Counted from the stretch's first letter, positions 53,258 to 62,940 are shown. The stretch: DNA of 64,000 bases from Thermoplasmata archaeon (GCA_021817415.1 JAKAUZ010000084.1:17221-81220), one strand, 5' to 3'. Numbers and translations are program-made. Notes: generated from the sequence alone by a model not told the origin.

Positions 53258-54435
53258 ATTTCTTCGTAGGAAGTCGCAGGAATATACGCGGGTACCGGTT
53301 GCGTTATTGCGGTCAGGAATGAGGGTCCACTTCCATAGAGAAATGGCGTAGAGATGGGATCAAAATCTGATGCAAGAAGAATTCCCTGTCCCATGCTTGT
53401 AAGAAGGTAGTACACCATGATTGATGCATCCTGCTGATTTCTCGATGAAGAAATGATTGTCACTGAATAAAGTATCGGTGCCCCCGGGAAATTTCCAATG
53501 TTGTCACCGGACGGACCGGTGGAATTCACCTCTCCGTAGAAGGAGACCTGCTCATTGCTGATATTTCCCAGGTTTATCCAGGTGGGGAGGCCATTGCCTC
53601 CATTGCTGTTTTCGAAATAACTCAGACGCTGATTGACTGCCTGCGACTTGTAGGTGAGTGCATAATCCACTCCACCAGACTGCAGATATGCATCTAGACC
53701 TATCTCCTCCGTTGTAAGCTTCAGGTCGCCAACCGAAAGCTTGTAGCTGAACAGCTCATTGTAGAGTGCCATGGAATCATTCACCGGATAGCCTCCTCCG
53801 TAATGGTCCTCGGCAAGAGTACCGTTAGGCCCAAACCATGAATTCCAGGCATCATTGTACTTCATGAACTCCCCCTGATTGTGATGGAATGCATCCTGCA
53901 CAAACCTGTTTGACCAGTTAGTGTAAAGAATGCCCGCAAGTTTGATCATCTCGATTGCCTGGAACCCGCTCGGGTCAAGTGAAGAATTTGAAACACCTAC
54001 TATAACGTGGGGGGCGCTGATGTTCTCAAACCAGAATGCCCCGGGCGATATGTAATATTCCTTATTCAGCCAGGTAACCGCCATCTCATTGGATGCAAAA
54101 ATAACCATCCATTTTGTATAGTTGGGCATTAGGTACTGTGGGATCACTCCGGCAGCAGCAGACATAAAGACATCCACAGGCTCTTTCTCCTTTATCAAAA
54201 GTGCATCTTCCACAGAACCGTGGAATGCATATGCTGCCCTGATGCCGGTGCTCTGGGTGAAGCTCTGATTGAAATCGACTCCCATGGCATAGTCAAGGGA
54301 ACCAGCTGCCATGACGGAAATGGGAACTGAGGATACTGGCGCAGAACTGTGGGAAAAAGTTGAACCAGCGAGGTACCCGCCCGTGAATCCAATCACCAGA
54401 ATCACGATCAGTACTATAATGACAGTTTTTGACAC
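53254..54435 (-). CDS. membrane-anchored ABC substrate-binding protein (ModA/WtpA-like molybdate/tungstate binding)
   Basis: N-terminal anchor MSKTVIIVLIVILVIGFTGG; ISVMAAGSL resembles the conserved AGSL anion-binding start of ModA/WtpA. It is first in a four- or five-gene minus-strand operon with the Mo cofactor genes. Confidence 0.55.
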   Translation of the reverse strand: MSKTVIIVLIVILVIGFTGGYLAGSTFSHSSAPVSSVPISVMAAGSLDYAMGVDFNQSFTQSTGIRAAYAFHGSVEDALLIKEKEPVDVFMSAAAGVIPQYLMPNYTKWMVIFASNEMAVTWLNKEYYISPGAFWFENISAPHVIVGVSNSSLDPSGFQAIEMIKLAGILYTNWSNRFVQDAFHHNQGEFMKYNDAWNSWFGPNGTLAEDHYGGGYPVNDSMALYNELFSYKLSVGDLKLTTEEIGLDAYLQSGGVDYALTYKSQAVNQRLSYFENSNGGNGLPTWINLGNISNEQVSFYGEVNSTGPSGDNIGNFPGAPILYSVTIISSSRNQQDASIMVYYLLTSMGQGILLASDFDPISTPFLYGSGPSFLTAITQPVPAYIPATSYEEI

Positions 54436-54489
54436 AGAAAAGGAATAGGTATTCTTCTAAAAATATTTTGATTTGGTCACACCGTATTT

Positions 54490-54908
54490 CTGTAAAACAT
54501 AGTCATGTTACTTTCTTTTCCACAGCTTGGTTCACCTCATCCGAATGTGATGGTGTCATGGAATCAGGAATAACGAGAAACATTCAAGGAAATTCAACTA
54601 CAGTCTGGACAGGTGGTCATTTTATCGGTTGCAGAATTTCGTAGAATACAAGACTAAATTATGCGGCATACCTCTAACCTATGTGGAAGCCCAAAAACAC
54701 ATCGCAAGAGTGTTCAAGGTGCAGAAACATAGGAATTAGGGATTCAAAGAAATTCGTGTGCCATTCATGTGGCCACGTTGACCGTGCAGACGCAAATGCA
54801 TCATTCAATATTGCTTTGCGTCAACCAATAAACAGCAACATCGGTCAATTGAACATAGACAGGGATGTGTTCAAGGGCAGCCTTGATACGCCTAGAGCGA
54901 TAGTCTAA
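54490..54908 (+). pseudogene. IS200/IS605-family TnpB (OrfB) C-terminal remnant with at least two frameshifts
   Basis: Three frames together spell a TnpB C-terminus: ..DGVMESGITRN / GIRNNEKHSRKFNYSLDRWSFYRLQNFVEYKTKLCGIPLTYVEA / PKNTSQECSRCRNIG..FVCHSCGHVDRADANASFNIALR (Zn-finger plus RuvC-III DxNA motif). The N-terminal two thirds are missing, because the wtpA-like gene start lies at 54435. Confidence 0.75.
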
Positions 54909-54929
54909 GAATGATAGAATCGCCAACCA

Positions 54930-54969
54930 TCTGCAATTGCAGAGGAACCCCACAGAATTCATTCGTGGG
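54930..54969 (+). repeat. two hairpin/palindrome elements just downstream of the TnpB remnant (possible IS right-end / guide-RNA scaffold relic)
   Basis: A perfect 14-nt palindrome TCTGCAATTGCAGA lies at 54930-54943. A hairpin CCCAC(54949-54953)-11 nt-GTGGG(54965-54969) follows. Confidence 0.35.
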
Positions 54970-55059
54970 AGGATGTCAGACAATGACCATTGGAACTCCG
55001 AGTATAACTAAGCAAATACTCAGCAAAAGTAATATGATCTCAAGTAGTTTCCCTTACGA

Positions 55060-56508
55060 ATGATACCCAGGTTGAGGAAGATCGACAATTGCAAGTATGA
55101 AATGCCCCTTGATGAGAAGAGAGGAATGAGGGTGCCTGGGATCATTTATTCGAATGAGACAATAATCAAAGGGGTGGAGAATGATGAATCACTCAACCAG
55201 GTCGCAAATGTTGCAGCTTTGCCTGGAATAATAAAAGCATCAATAGCGATGCCAGATATACACCTTGGATACGGGTTCCCAATCGGTGGAATTGCTGCTT
55301 TTGATTTTAATGACGGGATCATCAGCCCAGCGTCGGTTGGATACGACATAAACTGCGGGGTCCGCTTGATAAAGACGAATCTCCACGAAAATGAAGTAAA
55401 ACCAAAAATTAGGGAACTAATAGACGAAATATTCGTTAACGTACCCTCAGGAGTCGGAAGGGAGGGGAAAATTAAAATTGGGTTTTCAAAACTGGAAAAT
55501 TTCCTCAGCGAGGGAGTAAATTACGCGGTCGAGGAAGGATTCGGTTGGAAGAGCGACCTAGAGAGAATTGAGGAGGGGGGCAAACTGGAAATTGCAGATA
55601 GGTCCAAGGTATCTAGCAGGGCAAGAGAAAGGGGTTTTCCCCAGCTTGGTTCTCTTGGGGCTGGGAACCATTTCCTTGAAATTCAGGTCGTGGACAAGAT
55701 ATTCGATGCCGAGCTTGCAAAAAAGTTTGGAATTGAGTATGAGGGGATGGTCGCAGTAATGGTGCACACGGGATCGAGAGGGTTCGGGCACCAGGTTGCC
55801 ACAGAGTACGTGGAGAGGGCCTCCCAGGCCATGGTTAAATATGGGATCAAGGTCGCGGACAAGCAGCTTGCAGCTGCGCCAATAGGCAGTAAAGAAGGAG
55901 AAGACTATATGGGAGCCATGGGTGCCGCAGCAAACTTCGGCTTCTCAAACAGGCAGGTTATCACGAAATGGATCAGGGAAAGCTTCGAGAAGGTGATGGG
56001 AGAAAAGGCAGAGGACATGGATATGGAACTTGTCTATGATGTTGCTCACAACATTGCGAAGAGGGAGGAGCACATAATTGAGGGAAGCAGGAAGGAGGTG
56101 ATGGTCCACAGGAAGGGAGCCACGAGGGCATTTCCTGCAGGGAGGAAGGAGGTATCTGCACTTTACAGGGAAACAGGCCATCCCGTGATAATCCCGGGGA
56201 CGATGGGAACGGCTTCCTATGTTCTGGTCGGAACCCAAAAAAATCTCGGGGAATCATTCGGTTCTACCTGTCACGGCTCCGGCAGAGTCATGAGCAGGAG
56301 CAAGGCAGTGAAACAGTACTCAGAGCAGATGGTAAGGAGCAGCATGGAAAGGAAGGGAATTTACGTCAGGGCGGCAACCAAATATGTACTGCAGGAAGAA
56401 GTGCCTGAATCTTACAAGAATGTGGACGAAGTGATAGACTCCGTGCAGTGCGCAGGAATTTCGAGACCGGTCGTGAGGCTCAGACCAATCGGAGTAATGA
56501 AAGGATAA
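55060..56508 (+). CDS. rtcB: RNA-splicing ligase RtcB
   Basis: MPDIHLGYGFPIGG, GYDINCGVR, GAGNHFLEIQ, VHTGSRGFGHQ and CHGSGR. 482 aa with no intein. Confidence 0.95.
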   Translation: MIPRLRKIDNCKYEMPLDEKRGMRVPGIIYSNETIIKGVENDESLNQVANVAALPGIIKASIAMPDIHLGYGFPIGGIAAFDFNDGIISPASVGYDINCGVRLIKTNLHENEVKPKIRELIDEIFVNVPSGVGREGKIKIGFSKLENFLSEGVNYAVEEGFGWKSDLERIEEGGKLEIADRSKVSSRARERGFPQLGSLGAGNHFLEIQVVDKIFDAELAKKFGIEYEGMVAVMVHTGSRGFGHQVATEYVERASQAMVKYGIKVADKQLAAAPIGSKEGEDYMGAMGAAANFGFSNRQVITKWIRESFEKVMGEKAEDMDMELVYDVAHNIAKREEHIIEGSRKEVMVHRKGATRAFPAGRKEVSALYRETGHPVIIPGTMGTASYVLVGTQKNLGESFGSTCHGSGRVMSRSKAVKQYSEQMVRSSMERKGIYVRAATKYVLQEEVPESYKNVDEVIDSVQCAGISRPVVRLRPIGVMKG

Positions 56509-57139
56509 ATATGATGGCATATGAGATGGAGATGAAAGTCACAAGAGGGACTTTATAGACGGCCCTGTCTCCCCTGATCCAGTATTTGTACTCATCCTTG
56601 ACATTGCCTACGGGTATTGAAGTGAACCTCCCCCTCAATTTCCCATCCCTGTTGGAGAGGTAGATGAAAAGACCTGAGAACATCCCCATTATGCTGGAGA
56701 GCATAAGAATCGGGATAACTGGCGGAAGAATTGAATACAGCAGAGGCAAATGAGGATACAGGGGAAAACCAGCAGCGATGGTCTGGAGTACCTTGAGGTC
56801 CCCTCTTCCAAAATTCTTTATGATTATTGAAAAAACCTTCATCAGGAGGACAGAATATGCAACTGATATCACCAATATGCTCGGTGATAGGAGCAGAGGG
56901 AACAGTATTACCATATAAAAAATGATTGAATATTTCCTGACCCAGTACTCTCCGATCAGCGGGATCAATAAGATGGAGAGATACGGGTTCACGGCAAGAT
57001 AGTACAGCAGGAGCCCTATATTAAATACCAGAAAAATTACTGTGGCAATCTTCCTTGACCTGAAATCCTCATATCCCGCATAGATAAGAAACAAGAGCAG
57101 CAGTAATCCCACGTAGGGATAATATGAGAAGATGCTCAT
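56480..57139 (-). CDS. A24-family aspartic prepilin/preflagellin peptidase-like membrane protein
   Basis: Polytopic, with two Asp motifs in the expected context: YAGYEDFRSRKI and NFGRGDLKVLQ. Confidence 0.55.
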   Translation of the reverse strand: MSIFSYYPYVGLLLLLFLIYAGYEDFRSRKIATVIFLVFNIGLLLYYLAVNPYLSILLIPLIGEYWVRKYSIIFYMVILFPLLLSPSILVISVAYSVLLMKVFSIIIKNFGRGDLKVLQTIAAGFPLYPHLPLLYSILPPVIPILMLSSIMGMFSGLFIYLSNRDGKLRGRFTSIPVGNVKDEYKYWIRGDRAVYKVPLVTFISISYAIIFILSLLRLV

Positions 57140-57886
57140 TTACTGTACCTTCGCTATAAGTTCTATTTTTCCAGATCCTGACCGTCTATAGACTCCAAAT
57201 TCATCCATCTTCTTCAGCTGCTCGTAAGTGAATACCGTTCCTTCCTTGCATACCCTGTACCCATTCACGCTGCAGCTGTCGCATATGCCTATTCCACACT
57301 TCATTAGCCTTTCTAGGGAGAAATAGACGTTTCCATGCTTCTCCCTGTGCATCCTATCTAGAAGACTCCTCATCATTGCTTCCGGGCCGCAGACATAAAC
57401 TGTATCATATTCATCCTCCTCCTTCACAAACAGGTCTACAACATTCCCCCTGAATCCCAGTGAACCGTCCTCTGTTGCAATCCTGAAGTCATCGTCAAGA
57501 AGGAATAGGTCATTTCTTGTCCTCGCACCCGTATACACATCGCCTTTATATTTCCTTATCAATGGAAGAAGAGATGCAAGACCGGTACCCCCGGCCACGT
57601 ATGCTGTTTTTCCTTCCGGTTCGGGGTACGGATTTCCATAGGGACCCCTATAGAACATCCTCTCCCCTTTCTTCATCGATGCAAGTTTTTTGGTGGACTC
57701 GCCGAACACTTTAAAGGTGATCGCGAAATCATCTCCGATAGAAGAGAGCGACATGGGTACCTCCTTAACACCCGGTACCCATACCATAAGAAATTGGCCA
57801 GGCTTCGCCACCATAACTGAATCAAATCTGATCGTGAATATGCTGTCATTCTCATTAACAATTTCCTTTATCACAGAAAAGTTCAT
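57140..57886 (-). CDS. pyrK: dihydroorotate dehydrogenase electron-transfer subunit PyrK
   Basis: FAD/NAD-binding fold (RMFYRGPYG, VAGGTGLASL) and the C-terminal 2Fe-2S motif CGIGICDSCSV. Confidence 0.85.
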   Translation of the reverse strand: MNFSVIKEIVNENDSIFTIRFDSVMVAKPGQFLMVWVPGVKEVPMSLSSIGDDFAITFKVFGESTKKLASMKKGERMFYRGPYGNPYPEPEGKTAYVAGGTGLASLLPLIRKYKGDVYTGARTRNDLFLLDDDFRIATEDGSLGFRGNVVDLFVKEEDEYDTVYVCGPEAMMRSLLDRMHREKHGNVYFSLERLMKCGIGICDSCSVNGYRVCKEGTVFTYEQLKKMDEFGVYRRSGSGKIELIAKVQ

Positions 57887-58785
57887 GATTTCACCATGAG
57901 GCCGATTATATCGTCAAGGGAAGAAAATCCCTCATCTTCCAGGTACCTTGCAATGCCAGCGTTTATGTTGTCATAGATCCCATAGTCCCGGTAGTACAGA
58001 CCAGTTCCCACCTGCACTGCGCTTGCACCAAGCAGGAAGAATTCAACTGCGTCGTTCCAGTCATTTATTCCTCCGACCCCAATTATGTCCTTTTCAGATT
58101 CTTTCCTGACGTCGTAAACCGCCCTCAGTGCAATAGGCTTGATTCCAGGCCCAGAATACCCGCCTATCTTGTTTGATAGAAGGAACTGCCTTGCATAAAT
58201 ATCGACGCCAGTAGCCTTCACGGTGTTTATAAGGACATAAGCATCCGCCTTCTCCGCTGCCTTGGCTATTGTAACGATGTTCGTTATGCTGGGAGTCAGC
58301 TTGGCCCAGATCTGCAGATTGGTCCTGGACTTCAGTTCTCTGATGATGTCCTCAACCAGGTCAGGGTCCTGCCCAATCTCCGACCCAACACCAGCCACAT
58401 GCGGGCAGGATAGATTGAGTTCAAGTATTTTGAATCCTAAACCTTCCACTCGTCTCGCAAGGTAGAGGAACTCCTCCGTATCCTTCCCGAATATGGAAAC
58501 AGCCACTTTTTCTTTTACTGGGAAATTGGAAAACTCTTCAGAAAACGAATCAATCCCCGGATTCGCCAGTCCAACTGCATTTAGCATTCCAGTTGCTATC
58601 ACCGAAACCACTGGGGTTGGGTATCCCTTTCTTTCCGATGAGCCAATAGACTTCGTTACCGCAATGGCAGCTCCACTTTCCAGCGCCCTCTTCATGGAAC
58701 CTGAGGTCTCATCAAGGATGCCGCTGGCAAGCATCACCGGATTGGAGAGCCTGATGTCACCCACGCTGGTGGATATTGAAACCAT
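57883..58785 (-). CDS. pyrD: dihydroorotate dehydrogenase catalytic subunit (class 1B)
   Basis: LSNPVMLASG, ELNLSCPHV, GGYSGPGIKPIAL and GVGGI. It has a 4-nt overlap with pyrK. Confidence 0.9.
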   Translation of the reverse strand: MVSISTSVGDIRLSNPVMLASGILDETSGSMKRALESGAAIAVTKSIGSSERKGYPTPVVSVIATGMLNAVGLANPGIDSFSEEFSNFPVKEKVAVSIFGKDTEEFLYLARRVEGLGFKILELNLSCPHVAGVGSEIGQDPDLVEDIIRELKSRTNLQIWAKLTPSITNIVTIAKAAEKADAYVLINTVKATGVDIYARQFLLSNKIGGYSGPGIKPIALRAVYDVRKESEKDIIGVGGINDWNDAVEFFLLGASAVQVGTGLYYRDYGIYDNINAGIARYLEDEGFSSLDDIIGLMVKS

Positions 58786-58815
58786 CTGTTAGGGAATTAC
58801 AATAGAGATTAAAAT

Positions 58816-60582
58816 CTATGGATTCTCTGCAAGTACCTTCTTTTTCTGGCTATGATAAATCTCCAGTATCTCTTCCTCATCTGTCGTCTCCTCTGGTTTC
58901 TTGTCCTCTCTCCATCTCCCCGTAAATCTCGGAAACCGGATGGCGAGACCGGAATCCTTCTTGATCAGATCCCTGCAGCAGGTGTGGATTGGGGAGAGGG
59001 TGATCTCAGAACCCTTAACCTCAAGAACCAATCCTGGCTCAAACCAGTAATCTGGAGTCATCAATGAATCCACCCTCCTATCCTTTGTCTTCAGGGAAAA
59101 GCGCTGAAGCATCCTTGGGAGGCTGTGCAGCTGGTCATCTGTGAACCCGGATCCAAGTTTGCATATGGTAGTGAATTTATCTTCTGTTTTAGAGTAGACT
59201 GCCATCAGCAGGGCACCGTACCCTCCACTTCTCCTTCCTTTCCCTCCAAAAGCCCCTACCACAACCAGATCCACAGTATCTTCCATTTCCATCTGGTAAT
59301 CCCTCTTGTATTTAATCCAGACAAATTCTCTTGCGCCGGCCCTGTAGAAAGATTTATCCGATATTGATTTTGCCACCACTCCCTCGCATCCTGCTTCCAG
59401 GGCCAGGCTAAAGAATCTTTCTGCATCGTCCTCTTCGCTGACAATGAGGCTCTTCCCTATTTTCAGGCCCGCGGACTCGTCCACTGAGTTGACCATTTTG
59501 AGGCGTCTCTGGGGGTACGGGAGATTCATCAGGTTCTCTCCTTTCAGGTATATGCAGTCAAAAAGGAAGAGGACCACCGGAATCTTCTCAGCTGTCTCCA
59601 GGAGGTCAAATTTCCTGCCTCTTCTCCTCGATATCTCCTGAAAGGGGAGCATCTCCTCTGTTTCAATGTTGTATGGGACGGCTTCTCCATCCAGGATGGC
59701 ATTTTCTGCTTTCACTTTCTCTCTTATTTCCTTCACTATGTCAGGGAACTGGGAGGTCACGTTTTCCAGCCTCCTTGAGAAAAGGGTCACCTTATTTCCA
59801 TCCTTGTGCGCCTGGATTCTCAGCCCATCATACTTGTATTCCAGGGCACACACTCCTCCCATCTTCAGGAGAATGTCCCTCAGAGAGGGAAGACGTTCCG
59901 CAAGCATGGACCTTACCGGAACGCCAGGGACCACCTTGACCCCCGCCAGGGACTGTATTCCACCATTGTATGCCATTCTGGCTATTTCGGGGAGATTGGG
60001 CATTATGTTGAATGCCCTCTCAACTTCATCCTGGTCTTCCTTACTCCCAAAAGCAATTGCTATGGCATCGACAAGAGTCATGTCAGCGACACCTATTCTC
60101 ATCTTTCCAATAGCTATCCTTATCACGAATCTGGCTTCAACCGGGGATGAGTTGTGTAGTAGCTCCTGGAGAATCTGGATCTTCCTGGTTTGGGATCCGC
60201 TTCCAGACTCCCTTGCCATCTTGCTATAGGAATTATAAACTTTTTTTATCGTCAGATTCTCACTGAACAGAGAATGCTGTTTTTTCTCCTTCAGAAGCTC
60301 CTCGCCGACTTTTCCGAGATCTCCGACCTTAAGGAGCAAACCTTCTATCTTGCCCTCAGCAACTCCGGAAATTGTCGCCAGTGCTCTTACAACCAGCTTC
60401 TCAGCAACTCCAAGTTCCACTCCCTCATAATCGGGGGCGACCTTCCCCTGCAAGAGAAATACCGTTTCCATTATATCTTCGTCAGCGACCTTAAGAAAAT
60501 TCGCGATTATGTCAACCATCTCAAGCCTTTTCGTCGTATTCTCAATTTGATCCAGCACCTTGGCAAGCTCGAGAAACTCCAC
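58816..60582 (-). CDS. lig: ATP-dependent DNA ligase
   Basis: Adenylation motif I LEYKYDGLRIQAH, then LDGEAV, LFLFDCIY, EGVVAK and WIKYKRDY. Confidence 0.95.
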   Translation of the reverse strand: MEFLELAKVLDQIENTTKRLEMVDIIANFLKVADEDIMETVFLLQGKVAPDYEGVELGVAEKLVVRALATISGVAEGKIEGLLLKVGDLGKVGEELLKEKKQHSLFSENLTIKKVYNSYSKMARESGSGSQTRKIQILQELLHNSSPVEARFVIRIAIGKMRIGVADMTLVDAIAIAFGSKEDQDEVERAFNIMPNLPEIARMAYNGGIQSLAGVKVVPGVPVRSMLAERLPSLRDILLKMGGVCALEYKYDGLRIQAHKDGNKVTLFSRRLENVTSQFPDIVKEIREKVKAENAILDGEAVPYNIETEEMLPFQEISRRRGRKFDLLETAEKIPVVLFLFDCIYLKGENLMNLPYPQRRLKMVNSVDESAGLKIGKSLIVSEEDDAERFFSLALEAGCEGVVAKSISDKSFYRAGAREFVWIKYKRDYQMEMEDTVDLVVVGAFGGKGRRSGGYGALLMAVYSKTEDKFTTICKLGSGFTDDQLHSLPRMLQRFSLKTKDRRVDSLMTPDYWFEPGLVLEVKGSEITLSPIHTCCRDLIKKDSGLAIRFPRFTGRWREDKKPEETTDEEEILEIYHSQKKKVLAENP

Positions 60583-60898
60583 GCAATTAAATTGTGATTT
60601 AGATAATAAATTATGTCATTCTGGAAATTTCCTTAGCAGGAAGGGGAGAAAGTTCATTGACTGATACAGGAATAGATCAACCCGGAAGGTGAATGTTCCA
60701 AAGATCATTCACCCGTTCCGTTCCAGAAGAGAGGTTTTGCCTTGAAGCCCGAGTAAATCACCATCTAATTCTGTCTGTAAATCCTTTTATTTTAAGATAA
60801 GATATTGGAAGGATGTCCTTGACTAAAACCGTAAGGGCTTTCTTGATTTATCCTGCTGATACATTTTGTCAAGGAATGATTTACTGGGGGTTTAACCG

Positions 60899-62059
60899 AT
60901 GAATGATATCTACATAGTTGGGGCAAAGAGAACTCCGATTGGAAGGTTCGGCAAGGCACTGAGATCACTGAGTGCGATTGACCTTGGCCGCATCGCGATA
61001 AAGGGGGCACTGGATGACGCCAAAATGGATCCTGCAAAGGTAGAAGAAGTGGTAATGGGCAACGTGATAGGGGCAGGTTTGGGTCAGGACCCAGCACGCC
61101 AGGCTGCCATACAGGCAGGTATACCTGTGGAATCCTCTGGGTCTACGGTAAACATGGTCTGCGCATCCGGAATGGTCTCTATCGCAAATGCTTTCCGTTC
61201 AATGAAACTGGGTGAAAGAAATGTGATGGTTGCTGGAGGGATGGAAAGCATGAGCAATGCCCCATTCATTCTCGACTCAAGTTTCAGGTGGGGTGACAAG
61301 AGGATCACACCCTCCCGACCGGTAATGGATTCAATGATAAGCGACGGCCTTTGGGATTTCAAGTATCACAAGCATATGGGAGCAATTGCAGATGAATGGG
61401 CAAAGATGCACATGATAACCCGGGATGAAGCAGATGATTATTCACTGGAGAGTTTTAAGAGAGCAATGGAAGCCACCAAGAAGGGCGATTACAAGAAGGA
61501 AATAGTACCTATAGATGGTTTTGACTTTGATGAAGGAATAAGGGAGACATCCAAGGAACAACTGATGAAACTTGAACCAGCTTTTGCAAAGGATGGTATA
61601 CTGACTGCGGGTAACTCTTCCCAGCTTTCAGACGGAGCGGCGGCTGTGGTGCTTGCTACAGAAGAAGCTGTGAAAGAGCTGGGACTTGAAAAGAGGGCAA
61701 GGATCCTCGGGGTGGATACGACTTCTATGGACCCTTTTGATTTCCCGTACTCTCCGGTTCCTTCATCTAAAAATCTGATGAAAAAACTTGGCCTTTCCAT
61801 TAATGATTTTGACCTGATTGAGCACAACGAAGCATTCTCAATCGCGTCTCTTGCTGTGATGAAAGGCATAAATGCGGACTGGGATAAATTTAACGTGAGG
61901 GGGGGAGCCGTGGCAATGGGGCATCCGCTCGGGGCATCCGGAGCAAGGATTACGATTACTTTAATGAGAGCTCTGGAGGACCGTAATCTCAGGAAAGGAC
62001 TGGCAACCATCTGCCATGGCGGAGGGGGAGCATATTCAATAGCAATAGAGGTGATCTAA
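60899..62059 (+). CDS. acetyl-CoA C-acetyltransferase (thiolase II)
   Basis: Active-site Cys region TVNMVCASG, then NEAFS and CHGGGGAYS at the C-terminus. Confidence 0.9.
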   Translation: MNDIYIVGAKRTPIGRFGKALRSLSAIDLGRIAIKGALDDAKMDPAKVEEVVMGNVIGAGLGQDPARQAAIQAGIPVESSGSTVNMVCASGMVSIANAFRSMKLGERNVMVAGGMESMSNAPFILDSSFRWGDKRITPSRPVMDSMISDGLWDFKYHKHMGAIADEWAKMHMITRDEADDYSLESFKRAMEATKKGDYKKEIVPIDGFDFDEGIRETSKEQLMKLEPAFAKDGILTAGNSSQLSDGAAAVVLATEEAVKELGLEKRARILGVDTTSMDPFDFPYSPVPSSKNLMKKLGLSINDFDLIEHNEAFSIASLAVMKGINADWDKFNVRGGAVAMGHPLGASGARITITLMRALEDRNLRKGLATICHGGGGAYSIAIEVI

Positions 62060-62896
62060 ATGAAAATCGGAGTAATAGGATTAGGAATTATGGGGGGAGG
62101 AATAGCACAGGTTTCTGCAGTAGCAGGGCACGACGTGATAGCAACAGATGTGAGCAGAACCATTTATGAAAAGGCAGTCGCAACAATCGGAAAGAGCCTT
62201 GACAAGCTCATAGAGAAAAAGGTTATCACGGGGAACAAAGCAGACATTCTGGGAAGAATAAAATTTACCGAGGACTACAAGGAATTCAGTGATTGCTCAA
62301 TCGTAGTGGAGGCAATTGTTGAGAATCTCGAATCCAAAAGAGAATTTTACCGGAAAATTGAACCACATCTTAAATCCGATGCGATACTGGCATCAAACAC
62401 GTCCTCCATCAGCATCACAGCCCTTGCTGCAGCCACCAGGAGGCCGGATAGATTCATAGGTATTCATTTCTTCAATCCGGTACCGCTCATGAATCTTGTA
62501 GAACTCATAAGGGGAGTGAGAACTTCAGATGAGATAGTCCAAAAGGGCATAGATTACGTAAAGACAATAAAGAAGGAGTACGTTGTTGTAAATGACGCTC
62601 CTGGTTTTGTTACCACAAGAATCATAGTCATGCTGGTCAATGAGGGTGCATTCGAATATTCCGAGGGACTTGCGACAAAGGAAGACATTGATAAAGCGTT
62701 GAAGTTCGGTGGTAATTTTCCAATGGGCCCACTGACACTTGGAGACCTTATAGGCCTTGATACAGTGGTGAATATAATGGACGTCATGTATGAATCGTAC
62801 AAGGACCCGAAATACAGGGTTGCTCCAATACTCAGGAAAATGGTCGAGGCGGGTAAGCTGGGAAGGAAAACAGGGGAAGGTTTCTACAAATATTGA
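62060..62896 (+). CDS. hbd: 3-hydroxyacyl/3-hydroxybutyryl-CoA dehydrogenase
   Basis: Rossmann IGVIGLGIMGGGIAQV, then NTSSISIT, HFFNPVP and GFVTTRI. The start abuts the thiolase stop (TAAATG). Confidence 0.9.
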   Translation: MKIGVIGLGIMGGGIAQVSAVAGHDVIATDVSRTIYEKAVATIGKSLDKLIEKKVITGNKADILGRIKFTEDYKEFSDCSIVVEAIVENLESKREFYRKIEPHLKSDAILASNTSSISITALAAATRRPDRFIGIHFFNPVPLMNLVELIRGVRTSDEIVQKGIDYVKTIKKEYVVVNDAPGFVTTRIIVMLVNEGAFEYSEGLATKEDIDKALKFGGNFPMGPLTLGDLIGLDTVVNIMDVMYESYKDPKYRVAPILRKMVEAGKLGRKTGEGFYKY

Positions 62897-62908
62897 TTCA
62901 TCCAAATA

Positions 62909-62940
62909 TTCTTTTTTGCTTCTGTTTTTCTATATCTTTT
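62909..62940 (+). terminator. oligo-T terminator candidate after hbd
   Basis: TTCTTTTTTGCTTCTGTTTTTCTATATCTTTT begins 13 nt after the TGA at 62894-62896. Confidence 0.4.

Noticed and set aside
59666-60229. 187-aa plus-strand ORF, plus neighbours at 59673-59939 and 59806-60150
   Set aside because: They are antisense shadow ORFs within the DNA ligase gene.
61489-62010. 173-aa minus-strand ORF
   Set aside because: It is antisense to the thiolase gene, has no motifs, and is Ser/Ala/Pro-rich.
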